Assembly (NCBI GenBank): GCA_013265495.1
Contig: MU058221.1
Coordinates: forward strand, 744,001-808,000
Reading direction: 5' to 3'
Length of the DNA stretch: 64,000 bases
Origin: Vicugna vicugna
Taxonomy: Eukaryota
Shown here: positions 52,290-64,000 of the stretch, piece by piece
Position numbering within the stretch: the stretch's first letter is position 1
Layout of the letters: every line of letters starts with the position of its first letter
The notes under the pieces: generated by a model
Seen by the model: only the letters and a program-made list of their open reading frames with translations
The model's database searches: none
Told to the model about the DNA's origin: nothing
Made by a program: the position numbers and the translations under genes

Positions 52290-52850
52290 GACTCAGGGAT
52301 CCGTCCCAGGCGGCCGTGTGAAAATGCAGCAAGGAGGCCTGGCGTTAAGGCCAGCGGGTGCGTCTCGGCGAGGCCGAGAGGATCACGTAAAACGAGCGGA
52401 GAAGAGCTGCAGCGCCGCCGCTCCGGGCGGGGGGAGGGCTTCCGGCGGGCGTTCTGACCCCTCGGGCCGCCGCGCACGGCCGCGCGGATCGCCCGGAGGC
52501 GCGCAGGGGGCGGCGCAGTGCGTCCGGGGGAGCGGCCGCCAGCCAGGCCGACGTGCGGGGAGGGGCACGGGCCGCCTCCGTGGACAGCGCGCGTGCTTCA
52601 GACTCCGTCCCCGTGCAGGCCGCGCGCAACGAGATGCTGCCCGTCGTTCCAGGGAACAAAGCGTGCCGCTTGCCATCCTGGTAGAGAACACGTGCTGTCC
52701 GCACCGAGCCCCGGGTCACGGCGCCCGGGGTGCGCGCGAGGGGAGCTCAGCGTGGCGAAGACGGGACACCGGGCCTCTCGGGTTAAGGAGCTCGCAAAAG
52801 GGGCAACGTCCACGCCCCCAGACCTTTGCATCATCCCGCACAGAGAGAAG
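52290..52850. promoter_or_regulatory. CpG-island-like segment overlapping the 5' half of an LTR
   Basis: Very high GC and CpG (gccgccgcgcacggccgcgcgg), GC-box-like gggcggggg and ggggcggcg; flanked by AT-rich DNA. Confidence 0.65.
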
Positions 52851-53145
52851 CCCTGAAATCATTAACTTGAGATGTCTGCGTTCTGCTGCTGTTGTATTGG
52901 TGTCGTGTGTGTGTGTGCGTGTGTGTGTGTGCGATTAGCAGTAATCTTTTGATGTTTGACTACATTTTTTTTTCCAGTAAAACTCCTCTAAATCCTGGCT
53001 CCTCCATGATCCCTCCACAACAGTCCCCAGAGCTGAGAGGCTGTCTCCCAGGCTATAGTCCTCGGTAATGTCCCCAAACAAAGCGCAACTCTTCACGTTT
53101 AGGCTGTGTGTGTGTGTGTGTGTGATTTTTTTCCCCCAGTTGACA
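52621..53145 (+). mobile_element. ERV1-type solo LTR related to family A (copy 3), with a GC-enriched 5' half and internal (GT)n tracts
   Basis: Shares ttaacttgagatg and a cagttgaca-type end with copies 1 and 2; perfect TSD AGGC (52617-52620 / 53146-53149). Confidence 0.82.
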
Positions 53146-53904
53146 AGGCCCTAAGAGTTTTTTGTTTTCCTGGATGATTGGAATGCAATGCTTTACCCCT
53201 TTCTATAATGTTACCGGGGAAATTTTTCTAAAATACAAAGCTGGAAGTCTTAGTCCCCGGCTCAAAGCCACCATGTCATTCATTCTTCTCCAGGATAAAG
53301 TGTAGTTGTCGCAATTCAATTGTGAGTATTTGAAAGTAGGTTTGAGAGAAGCCAGGAAATGTTAGCAGAGAGGGGAGATGGGATTAATATTTCCAAGAAG
53401 ACAAAGGCTTCTATATAATTATTTTGATAGGGAATAAGGGAAAGTGATGAATTAGAGCAAGCGCGTCTGCTGTCAGTGGTGGGGCCCTGGGTGGGGGGCG
53501 TCTGGTCGTGGCGCAGAGTTTATCGCACACAGGTTAGTGGTCGGCACACTGACCTCAGCGCCTCTCACCGTAGCCCTGACCAAGTGCAAACACGCGACAC
53601 AACTGTGGTGAATGAGTGACAGGCGTTCTCCTGGGGAGAAGCGAGGGCTGAATGCCTGAATCCAGAAGGATGAAGCGTAGAGGTTCGTTGCAGGTGGTCT
53701 GTCATCTAAACTACTTTAATGGAACTACTTCTGTCCGTGGAATGATCCAGAATCATTGAAAAAAATCATCAAATGATGCAACTTGAGGGCTAGTGTGAAC
53801 AGAAGGCAGACAGGAAGACTAGAAGTGGATAGCTCTTGGCTCTCGGGTCTGTAACAGTCGCTACCGGACCGTTTGTACTGATGTCCCCACAGCTAACAGT
53901 CGTG

Positions 53905-54125
53905 TTAATGTGACAGTAACTATGAACTGGGCGCTAGTATGCTTCAGGCATTATGCTACGTGCTTTCCTGGCATTATAACCTTGGAAGAAACGGCATTAT
54001 TGTGTCCATTGTACATACATGCAAACTAGGCTGGGAGTGACTCATGATTATTTTGGATCACATACTTAGTACCCAGTGTGGCCAGGATGCAAAGGAAGGC
54101 TTTTCTGACTCCAAGTCTTCTTAAA
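53905..54125 (-). mobile_element. MIR SINE
   Basis: gggcgctagtatgcttcaggcattatgcta...tattgtgtccattgtacata...tctgactccaag. Confidence 0.7.
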
Positions 54126-57100
54126 ACGACATTCCAGGTTTCGTAAGAGCAACGTCTTTTTAGGTCCCTATATAATACAACAATAATTGTGCTGCCTAAA
54201 GCAGCCAATCCTTTTATGCATTCGTTGTGGGTTGATCATTCACATTAGGAACATCATGGCCTGCCTATATATGAAAAGAAGGAACATTTTCAATGCACAC
54301 CAATCTCTGAGAATGTTGGACCATTTAAACTAAAGTTGAAAAGATGCACGTAAAACTCGGTTGAGATGATGATTCAATCATTGCTTTAAAACCCAGAACC
54401 CGTTAATTCAACACCAGCACAAGGTCAGCTGCCTGGTTTTCTTCACTGGCTTTCATATGAATTAGGCTATTTTGTTTCCCTCTGATCAAATTTCTTATTT
54501 TTTAATGTTACAAATGCAAATCCTATATATAGATGCACATACTGCATAAAGGTTAAATTGCAATGTTGATATTTCCGAGAACTTGTTTAAAAGTGTACTT
54601 GAACTTGATGTAAATTCTCAAAATGTTCAAATACTAACCCCACTTACAACTTTCTTTCTAATTTTGCATGTCTTAACAAAAATTCAGCATAGATAGTACT
54701 TAAAATAATTGATGGCAAAAAGAAATATTTTGCAATAAACTTCCTTCTCAGCCTTGCACTTCATTTATTAAAACCGGTGCCTGAAAATAGTAAAAAAGTT
54801 TACATACATTATACTGAGCGAAGTGCTTTACGGCCTTAGCAACTTCAGGCGTTTCATATTCAACAGACATGGACCTGAAAGTCAGTGCACGTTTTAAAAT
54901 TTTCATTGCATGTCCATGTGTTATGGCTGAGCTCTTAAAATCACTGCTTTGTTATGTCACTAGAAGTTGGCAAGGTGCATTTTCATACGATTCTTTAGAA
55001 TTTTAAGGTTAAAAAGTGGTTGATGTTGTGTTTTCTGAAAGTTGTGCACAGTGATATGTTTAAATAGTATAATCAGAATTATCTCTTTTATGTTCTCATA
55101 GTAAAATAATAGGCCTTACATGCTAAGCCTCTAAAATATATACGTCTAAAATCATTACTACTGACTCAATATAGCTGATTCTGAAAACATGGGTAAACCA
55201 AACTAATAGAATATGCACGTCTGTGTGTCCAAAGGGATCACACCCATTTTGAAATCTGTATTTGCCTTAAGCTTAACTCTTGTGTTATGACCCTGTGTCC
55301 ACATTTACATCTTCTTAAAGACCGCCTACTAGCCATTGCATGGACTCGCCATTATTTGTTTATTCAGTCCCAAATATTTGAGTATGTGTGCAATTAGGTT
55401 CAAATCCAATATTGTCATCAATTCGGTAATTTTCTGATTACACACGTAAGATAAAATATTGTAAGTGAAACTGCCAGGTTAGCGTTAAGATTTTCTAAAA
55501 AAGGAATTTAGTATGTGTTGCCCTTGCAGTGTGTTAACTAACAGCAGGAATCAAATTTCGTAGAATCTAACATGTTGTCCAACCTTGACAGGTCACAGGG
55601 ACACAGCTCCCATCAGGGTCGTGTGTGACCTCCTGGGAGGAGCTCTGCTTCAGTCTACCACTGCCTTCAGATCCCACTGCTCCACCTCGTATTGCAAGAC
55701 CTGTAACTTGATCGTTTCCAATAAGCCACACCTGAGGCGTCGGGAGCGGACGGCTCCCTAAATGGTGTGCAAACGCGACAACACTAGTATTCAAATGACT
55801 GCTCAGCTTCTGCGACAAATCCTTAACACCTCTCATCTCCGGCCCAAAGCATTTAACCTGAGGCCAATTAGGGACAATTTTCATACAATTTTCTGTGACA
55901 CAGTTGTATTTCCAAGTTGAGGAGGAGAAAACTATTTGGAGAAGTGTTTGATACATGTGACCTGGTTTTGAAATAAAGTTTTTTGTTGTTGTTGGCGCCT
56001 CAATCAGTTTATACAGGAATGAAATACATTAAAAAACGTAGCTGCCAAGCAGAGAATTGAAATTGATGAGCTGAGATCTCCTATGTTCTTAACCTTTTAA
56101 AAAGTAAAATTAAAACCTGTCACTTCCTATAGTTTCTAAAACAGTGGCTGTATCTTGCTTTTATATGTCTTCGTGGTCTACTTCGGGTTTTAAACTCCCA
56201 TAGAATAAAATATTAATGGGTAGAGACCAACCTGAAATTTTCCTGGAATATGAATTACTAGTTACTTCTTTGTCATAGCTGGGGTTCTTCCTACCATATT
56301 CATCCACCCAGTAACTCAGTCTCAGGTTTCATTTGTTAACAAATGTCAGATAGACGTTTTTCTCTATATGACACAATGTTTATGGTTTGTATATGTTTTT
56401 AAAATTTAGTAATTCAATTATAGATGTAGACACACGTACATGTCACTTCTATTATACATACACCTGTACAAATATATATGATTTCGGCATTCTCTTTGCT
56501 TTTGTATTGGGAAAAGTTTAAAAAAAATGAATGATTATAATGAAATCTGATTTTAAATGGTATGGTTCTTTTATTATTAATAAAATGTAATACAAATTCA
56601 CATTAAGGTGGTCCAACTGGTAAGGAATGAAACTAAATGGAAATTGTAAGATACTGGTGCCTCTCCTTTTCCTTTTTAATCCTAGTCTTACGAAAAACAC
56701 TTCAACTGCATTTTGACGACTGCGTTAGTTACTGATACAATGCTCAATTATGGGCTAGTACTTCAACTTCTTGGCTTTGAACTTCAAACAGTGCCAACTT
56801 ACTAGCCCCCTTTCATTTGGGAAATTCAGTTTGCATTCTTTGACTAACCTCTTTCTCCCCCGCAGGTTTAATAACACGTGTAAACCTTTATTTGTGGTTC
56901 TGTCACCTGGGGGCCCTGTCTTTTACTCCACACTACGTAAGGGAGGAAGTGAAGGTTCCCCCCCTTTCTTCCATCTCCCTCACTTTCTGACATCTGTCAA
57001 CTCAGCAATGCAGGTGCTTGTACCGCATACAACACACAAGGCTTGACACAAGACAGACCTACTCGCTTTTAGGCTGAACTGCTGCTGTCTATTGTAGCGT

Positions 57101-57275
57101 GTCTATCAAATGATGCTAGATGCAGGCGTTAGGGGTGTGGGTTAAGCACATCCCAAATCTCTGTAAAATGAACAAACTTTGGCTCAAAAAAAAAACCTAA
57201 CTATAAACTTAAAATCACAAAAATAATCTAATTTTAAATTCAGAATCTTCTGGAATAGGTAACACAAATTGCAAA

Positions 57276-57343
57276 TATATATATATACACACACATACAC
57301 ACACACATACACACACACACAGACACACACAGACACACACACA
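57276..57343. repeat. Compound (TA)n(CA)n microsatellite
   Basis: Directly visible. Confidence 0.95.
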
Positions 57344-57471
57344 AAAGGGAAGGGAACATAACCCCATATTTCTATAAGAATGAAAGGGCAAAAATAAACC
57401 TGCTTAATGATAATTATTTGTCATTTCCAACGCGGAGAGGGAGAAACTGGAACACAGTTCAAATAGTGAAA

Positions 57472-57599
57472 TTTTTTTTGGCAAGAGGGAGGTGATTAGG
57501 TTTATTTATTTATTCATGTTTAATGGAGGTGCTGGGGATTGAACCCATGACCTTGTGCGTGCTAAGCACGCGCTCTACCACTGAGATATACCTCCACCC
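57472..57599 (-). mobile_element. vic-1-type tRNA-derived SINE
   Basis: Reverse complement reads tatatctcagtggtagagcgcgtgcttagcacgcacaaggtcatgggttcaatccccagcacctcc, then linker and tail. Confidence 0.92.
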
Positions 57600-58174
57600 T
57601 CCCCATACGGTGCAGTTTTAAATGACATTAGAATCGCAACATGAAAAATAATCGAACGGACGGGTCTCGCAGAAAGGGCAGGGTGACAAATGCCTGACCC
57701 TCCTTCCTTTTCTTCTGACTTAGGAAATGTGAAAACGTGAGAGAGAAGCTTTACCAATCCTCCAAGCCATGTAAAAAGAAAAATCCAAACCCTGAAAATG
57801 GGACGGGATGTCTTGAGGTGAAGATAGGACCAAAATAAAATGGCCTACCCACCAAAGGTCGTCCGGTGAGAGCCTCGCCGACAAACCGGGGCGCAGCTGG
57901 GGCAGAGCGCCGGAGGGAATCCGAGGCCTGCAGACGCCGCCTGGCTGGGAAGGGGGCCCGGAGGCTCGGCCAGGCTGGGGCCTGGAAATCTGGCCCCCAA
58001 GGGATGCTAGTTGGTGGCCTGGGAAGACGCCAGCGGTGAGTCCTCGGCAGTGCAGGACTCTTTCCAACAACAAAAAGCTGAAATCACACACCCCGTGGGA
58101 GCAAGAGGCTTAAGTAAACCCTCCCATCTCCATATCATGGGCGCTCAAGCCAACATTAAACTAACACTGCAGGT

Positions 58175-58388
58175 CATGGGTGGGCATTGATGGCCCACAG
58201 GTCCATGCTGACACGCTTCCTGATTTTGTAAATTAAGTTTTATTGTAACGCAGCCACACGCCTTCATGCACCCGTGGCCCTTGACGGCATCTAAGCTGCA
58301 GTGGCAGAGTCGGGCAGCTGCAACACAGATCCGTGAAGTCCAAAATATTTGCTATCTTGCTGTTTACAGAAGGGTTTTTCACTCTTGG
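58175..58388 (+). mobile_element. MER58A-like hAT-Charlie MITE
   Basis: ttttgtaaattaagttttattgtaacgcagccacac...aaaatatttgctatcttgctgtttacagaa. Confidence 0.8.
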
Positions 58389-58572
58389 TGAAAAAGAGGT
58401 ACCTGTATTGACATGGAAACATTTTTTGTGAGGCAATATTCGGTGGAAAAGTAAATTATAAAACTCTGTATTCGAAGTTCATCTTTTTGTGTAGCTGAAA
58501 ATGTGCAAGTGTATTTGTGTGTGTGTGCGCACATTTGTGAATGTAGGAAAAATCAGCATCATGTAAGCAATG

Positions 58573-58685
58573 ATTTTTTTTTTTAAGGACTAGGTGTAGT
58601 CAGTGTGCATTGTTGTGTCAGTTTCCGGTGCACGGCACATGCTCCAGTCAGACATGAACATACATGTATCCATTTTCATATTTGA
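58573..58685 (-). mobile_element. Short lineage L1 3' terminal fragment
   Basis: tagtcagtgtgcattgttgtgtcagtttccggtg...catgaacataca resembles 40515-40590. Confidence 0.7.
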
Positions 58686-59695
58686 TGATTTCTAATAGAT
58701 ATGATTATCGCTGACTTCCATTTGGTCACTATTTTTTAAACATTTCCAGGAAGTAAATATATCACATACATGACACCCCCCCCAAAAAAAAGATATTTTA
58801 AAAAAGAAAATGAGAAAAGAAAGTTCTCTGGATTTTCAGAAAAGGACAATGGACCCTTCTCGTGTTTCAGTAGCACAGAGGCCGCCAGCCTCCAGGACCG
58901 CGCGGGCCTCGTTCTGCGACGCAGGGCAGGCTGCGGGTGATGTCAGGGATCCGTGAGTTTGGTGGCAGCTGTCTGGGAGAGTGACAACTGCTCATTTCGA
59001 ATGTGGTCTCGCAAGCATGGAGAGAGTGTCATTTTCATCCGCGCTCCTTCAGTCAAACACAGGACATCTGTCACGAGACTACTTGGTGTGGCAGCAAAGG
59101 CGTCTCTTGATCTAAGAACCCAGAGCTGCTACAGAAAAGATCAGGCAAGTATAACTAATATGTCAATCCTGTGCCAGCCTGCCATGATTGATTTTTAATA
59201 ACAACGAACACTGTCACATTGGTAATAATAATCATGACCATTCATACAAAGCGTTTGTGCTTAGCCTGGCATGTGACCTTGAATACGCTCTCATTCTTAA
59301 AGGGAGAATGTAATAATGCATTTGAAATATCTCTAATAATTCATGGTTTTCATTTTCAGTGTGAACTGTAGCCTTGCACTGCAAAATTTGCTTTTCATTG
59401 TCCAAAAATTTGCAAATATTGCCACAGAATGTCCCTGAATTATTTGGGCGTACTAAGGTTTTTTGGCAAAAATTGAGTTGAATTCAAATACAGCTGTAAA
59501 CAAAGTTAACAAATCTTGCCCACGATCTGTGCCCAAGATTAACAAGTTAGGGCTCTAGGTAGAAATTTGATGAACTTTGAAAGCCAAGACCTTTAAAAAA
59601 ATGTCCTCTGCATGTAATTTTGATTTGTTAAAAGTCTAGCATTTTCTGCTGGTTATCAATTACAGTATCAGTGAAATCTGGGGCTCGGAAAGAAT

Positions 59696-60999
59696 TAAGA
59701 CTGAGCAGAACCCTACAGGCCGCCCCACTCCAAGGACAGTTTCCCTCCACGTCCTCAGACTTTTGTCTGTAGAAAAGCTGAAGTTTCCCAGGCCTCGCTG
59801 AGTCACAAAGAGCAAGATCACACAGCTGATGATGAAGATGACAGAGTCACAGAGCCTCTTAGTGCCTAGTGACACTCCTGAGCTGCCTTACAGACTCTAT
59901 AACCACCGCCAGAGGGGAAAGCTGACTCATGACGGCCGGGCTGCAGCCACTACATCAGCTGCTCCATCCTGCAGGACTGGGTCTGGCTAGCACAGCTCCA
60001 AGAACTGGCCTTGAGAGAACGGGATTCACATTATTGCTCAGATAATCCACATCATGTGGATCTCAGAGCACGTGTAGCTTACTCTGCCCGTGTATGTCAG
60101 TGGGCAACTACACGGTCAGCAGAGAGATGCTACAGACCCATGTCGACATCTTCCGCTCTGGAAACTGGGCGACCCGCACCAGCAGAAAGAGGTTACGGAA
60201 GCTGGAAATTCTCCCTCGGTCCCATAGAAGTGGAAGGCTGTCTGACTGGTGGGGATTTGTAAGCAGCCCTTTTGCCCTTTTTCTCTTTTCCTGTTCCTGT
60301 TTCCCTTAAACCTTATTTATAAAATGAGCTCACTAGGCCACATGTCACCTGACTCCTGACCTATGCTCCACTAAATGTGCACGACACTCTGCCTAACCTG
60401 TCGATTCCTTTCCTGGATTAGAAAGAGTAAGAACAAAGAATTAAGCAGTAAAAAAAAAAAAAAAAAAAAAAGAATGACTGACTCTTTATCCCTACCTTCC
60501 CAGTAGTAAGTTTGCAGGTGGGCCAGGTGGGCCAGGTGAGTCAGGTGGGGCCAGGTGGGGCCAGGTGGGGCCAGGTGAGCCAGGTGGGGCCAGGTGGGCC
60601 AGGTGGGGGCAGGTGGGGCCAGGTGGGGCCAGGTGGGCCAGGTGGGGCCAGGTGGGGCCAGGTGAGCCAGGTAGGGCTAGGTGGGCAAGACAGATCCAAT
60701 TTCTGGTGAGTGCACGGAAGATGTCCAAAGGAAGATGAGAAGTCAGCAGCCCTGCACTCAGTGGAGAAAGGACAAAGAATCTGACCTCCTACCTTAATGA
60801 CTAGCCAAGAAGGTTTCCCCCTTTTCCCTTTAAGAAGTGTCATGACTGAGCAGAATCCTCAGAGTCAGTCTCAGGACACGAGTTCACCTTCTCCTCTGAT
60901 TGCTGACTTTTCTGAATAAAGCACCTTCCTTTCTACTGACACTTGCCTCTCAATCATTGCCTTTTGAGTGGTGAGCAACCGAACATGAGCTCTGTGATA
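59696..60999 (+). mobile_element. Long or composite ERV LTR region containing a poly-A tract and a minisatellite
   Basis: gactgagcagaaccctacagg start; LTR-type end tgaataaagcaccttcc...ttttgagtggtgagcaaccgaacatgag; flanks gaat/gaac. Internal structure is unresolved and may be nested LTRs. Confidence 0.6.
60515..60686. repeat. Minisatellite, 18 units of 9-10 bp, consensus CAGGTGGG(G)C
   Basis: Counted directly; 16 units contain CAGGTG and three are CAGGTGAG variants. Confidence 0.97.
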
Positions 61000-61049
61000 G
61001 AACCACTTGATTTAGGGCACCTAAGAGTGATGTGTTTATGTGGAAGGAA

Positions 61050-61290
61050 ACAATGTATCCAAAAGCAAAACCTCTGGAGTCTGAATAATTGGGATTGAAT
61101 CCTACTTAATGGCTATGTGAACTCGGGCAAGTTTCAAGCCCTCAGTTTGCCTATCATTAAAGTGGGAGCAACTATAGCAAGACCTGCCTTCCTCATGTGG
61201 TTTTCACAGTCACATGTGCTGTAGCTGTCAAGCGTTTAGCCCAGTCGATGGCATATATCGAAGACTGTGCGTTATGTGCTGGTTACGGAA
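61050..61290 (+). mobile_element. MIR SINE
   Basis: ctctggagtctgaataattgggattgaatcc...gggcaagtttcaagccctcagtttgcctatc. Confidence 0.75.
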
Positions 61291-62589
61291 AGAATGTCAA
61301 GTGTGAAGCTGATTAATAGGTCATAATGAGCCACCAACGCAAAGTCGTCAGAAAGAGCGCGCGCAGGTGAAGAAACACTTGGAAGGGAAGCTCAAGACAT
61401 AGGCCACACACAGACTTAAAAACAACGCCCAGAAGGGACAAGGCTGCTGAGAATTCCAGCTCTGTCAGAAAGTCATGATGACTAAAAATTGAAAAAGAGT
61501 CTAACAAAATACTGAGTGATCAGGAGAAATTAAGTAAGTTTTGTTTTTTCCCCTTACCCGGGCCATTCAGAATGGATGTGAGGCAATCCACGCAGGGGAC
61601 ATTGAACTCTGAAATCTTTTTCTCTGTCTTATTCCATAAATGACCAGCAGGCACTGTGCATTTTGCTCTTCTTTTCTTGTCTTTTCTTTTTCCAATCAGC
61701 CCTCCAAGTTAGAGTGTTGATGAGTCCCCCGAGCCCCCGCTGTAGACACGTGTTTGTGTGATGCTCCTTTTAGAGGCTGTTTGACTTCAATCCGTTTCAC
61801 TGCCCACGTGTCCCTGTCATTAATACGAATTTCTCCCGTTTATTTCTTAATAGTGTATTCTGTTCCATAAACGCATATAATACCTCGGTGTTAATTAGAT
61901 ATCACCAAAATCTTCCTAATGATGTGCAACTGACCTGCTTACTCATGTTGCAGTCCAACCTCTTCCAGACTGTGACTGTTTCAATTAGTGAAAAATGCTG
62001 CTATTAAATCCCATAAGAGAGGTATCAACACAATTATGTAGAAGTGATTTTATTTTCTGGGCATTACCAGCTAATTTCAGATCATCGTGCACAGCTTCAA
62101 TTATCCACTTTGCACTTCAACATGAAAATCTAAAGTTTGAAGACAGGAAGATTTCTCAATATAAGTATTTTTGTGAGCTAATACGTAAGTATTCTAATTT
62201 ATTCCATTATGATTTATGAAGCCTGTACTCAATTATTTCAGCTCTGCCTAATTACCTGTGTGGTTCTTAAAATCCACACACAGAGACATACACACATGCT
62301 CATTTTCATAATGTGGCTCAAAACTTAAGTTCTTTCTAAAATCTTATCTAAGTCAATGGAAATCCATCATCTACGAAGCCTCATCTACTCTGAAAAAGAA
62401 AAAAAAAAACAGACAGTAACTCAAATTTCTAAAACTAAAATAAGAGATTGTATGGGGTCTTTTCCGAACCACACAATATTAAGAAAGAATATTGACTAGA
62501 TGGTGAAAGCATATGAATAAGGCTGAGTGAATCAGTACCAAAACCTCTTCATTGACTAGAGTTCTGGAAATGAAGGGGAAAGCTCTTGA

Positions 62590-62900
62590 GAAAGACAGGA
62601 GTGCATGACGAAAATCAGAGCATCCTTCCTCGTATTCTGTTTCATTTTCTTTGAAGACTTAGTCCACAGTGTCCCTCTTGTTTATTGTTATCCTGACCAT
62701 CAGTGTGGTGTTCTTATCCCCAATCTCTCCTCCACTTTGGTTGATCCCACATCCTGTTGACAAAGTGTTTTTCCTGAAGTGGATAATACCAACACACTCA
62801 TCTTTGAATACGAACAATACCCCTAAACTTCAATCATTCTCCAAAGGCTATTCAGGAACATCCAAAATCCTTACAGAGCCACACGCCACTCAAAATCAAA
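62590..62900 (+). mobile_element. LINE-2 remnant
   Basis: cccctaaacttcaatcattctccaaaggctattcaggaacatccaaaatcctta. Confidence 0.55.
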
Positions 62901-63574
62901 ATGTTTTAATGAACCATTTTCTCAGAACAAAAGTTTGTTGTTCATTTTTCACTGCAAAAGTCTATGGCAAAATTAAAAAAAAAAACAACATTGCAATGGG
63001 CATTACTGTTCTCAATTTTGAACCAAAGCTCCTCTGCTGTCTTTAACTGTTGATAATGTAGCATTATCCTCTGTAGCAAAACAGGTAATTTGGGGAGGAT
63101 GTGGACATTTTGGATGATTGTAGGAAACACATTTTCATACATGCTTCAGATCAAGCTTATTTATAATATTCATCTAGCTTTCTAAGTAGTTGGTTCTCTT
63201 GAACGTTCAAATACTGAAAAAAAATTGAAATAGAGGGTCTTGATAATTACATTACTCACAGTCTAGGTACATTTTGTTTTAAATTTTGATGTGCTTTAAT
63301 ATTCAATAAACAAAGCTTCATAAATCATATCTTTTAAAATGAAATATGTATTACATAGTATTCTCAATGCAATCCATGCTCAAATATTAACAAAAATGAG
63401 AAAATAAAATCCATCCTGTCGAGCAGAGGTGAGCACGATTCAGAGACCATGGTCTACAGCCTTTTGTACATTTTATTGATACACCTGCACCAGCTTTCTG
63501 AGACTAGGATAATAACATATTTACTTTAAGTCAAGCAGCTTTTCTTCCTTCAACATTGTATGTTCTGTATTTGG

Positions 63575-63770
63575 GACGTTTACCAGTGAAAAGTTCTCCT
63601 GTGAGATCATTTACTAGGAACATGACTCTAGGGGAGTCATTTATTATCTCTGAGGATCAGCACTCTAGTCTGAAATACAGAGATGGAAATTGTACCTTCC
63701 TCTCAGGACACTGTAGAGGGTTACAATGCAAAGAATATTTAGGAAAAATATAGTGTTTGCTATAAAATAA
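63575..63770 (+). mobile_element. MIR SINE fragment
   Basis: atttactaggaacatgactctaggggagtcatttattatctctgag...gtaccttcctctcagga. Confidence 0.6.
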
Positions 63771-63786
63771 TAGTAACATGTTACTG

Positions 63787-64000
63787 CAGCTTATCCTCAA
63801 CTTGCTCAGAGGGTTATGTCCCGATAGATCCAGTATAAGCTGAAATGATCACAAGCTGAAAATCCATTTAATGCACACACCTCTGGAACAGCGTACCTTA
63901 GCCTGGCCCACCTTAAACACGCTCAGAATACTTACATTAACCTACAGCTGGGCAAAATCATCTAACACAAAGCCTGCGTTACAACGGAGTACTGAATATC
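63787..64000 (+). mobile_element. TcMar-Tigger MITE (MER47A-like), cut by the window edge
   Basis: cttagcctggcccaccttaaacacgctcagaatacttacattaacctacagctgggcaaaatcatctaacacaaagcct. Confidence 0.8.

Noticed and set aside
52210..52938. 242-aa ORF, the longest in the track, and overlapping ORFs
   Set aside because: Stop codons are scarce in GC-rich DNA; the frame runs through an LTR and a (GT)n tract and is low-complexity R/G/A.
59071..59128. Minus-strand acceptor followed by SSGFLDQETPLLPHQVVS*, a dileucine-like motif
   Set aside because: Too short to distinguish from chance, with no upstream coding exons identified.
60515..60686. CRISPR-like array
   Set aside because: No unique spacers, no cas genes, mammalian context.
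60492..60843. Collagen-like PPGPPGP and Gly-rich ORFs
   Set aside because: Translation of the 9/10-bp minisatellite; mixed unit lengths break the Gly-X-Y phase.

Overview
Mammalian genomic DNA, most likely a camelid (Camelus/Vicugna). This rests on three tRNA-derived SINEs of the camelid vic-1 type and lineage-style L1 3' ends, recognised by eye and not by database search. I recognise no protein-coding gene; the ORFs I could trace fall in repeats, low-complexity tracts or GC-rich DNA. The window is dominated by interspersed repeats: a near-full-length ancient L1 (~7.6-13.5 kb), L1 fragments, L2, MIR, a CR1/L3 remnant, MaLR (MLT1) LTRs, hAT/Tigger DNA transposons and eight same-orientation ERV solo LTRs, several with readable 4-bp TSDs. 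Two CpG-island-like regions (~25.6-26.5 kb and ~52.3-52.85 kb) each lie upstream of good minus-strand splice signals, suggesting lncRNA or small-ORF transcripts. The most notable structures are a CpG island growing into an LTR, a two-exon frame broken by a single TGA, two L1 3' ends inside one 14-bp TSD, an LTR nested in an LTR, a SINE split by an L1, a 300-bp tandem duplication and a CAGGTG minisatellite inside an LTR. Repeat subfamily names and most repeat boundaries are approximate unless a TSD is quoted. No prokaryotic-type system (CRISPR etc.) is present.
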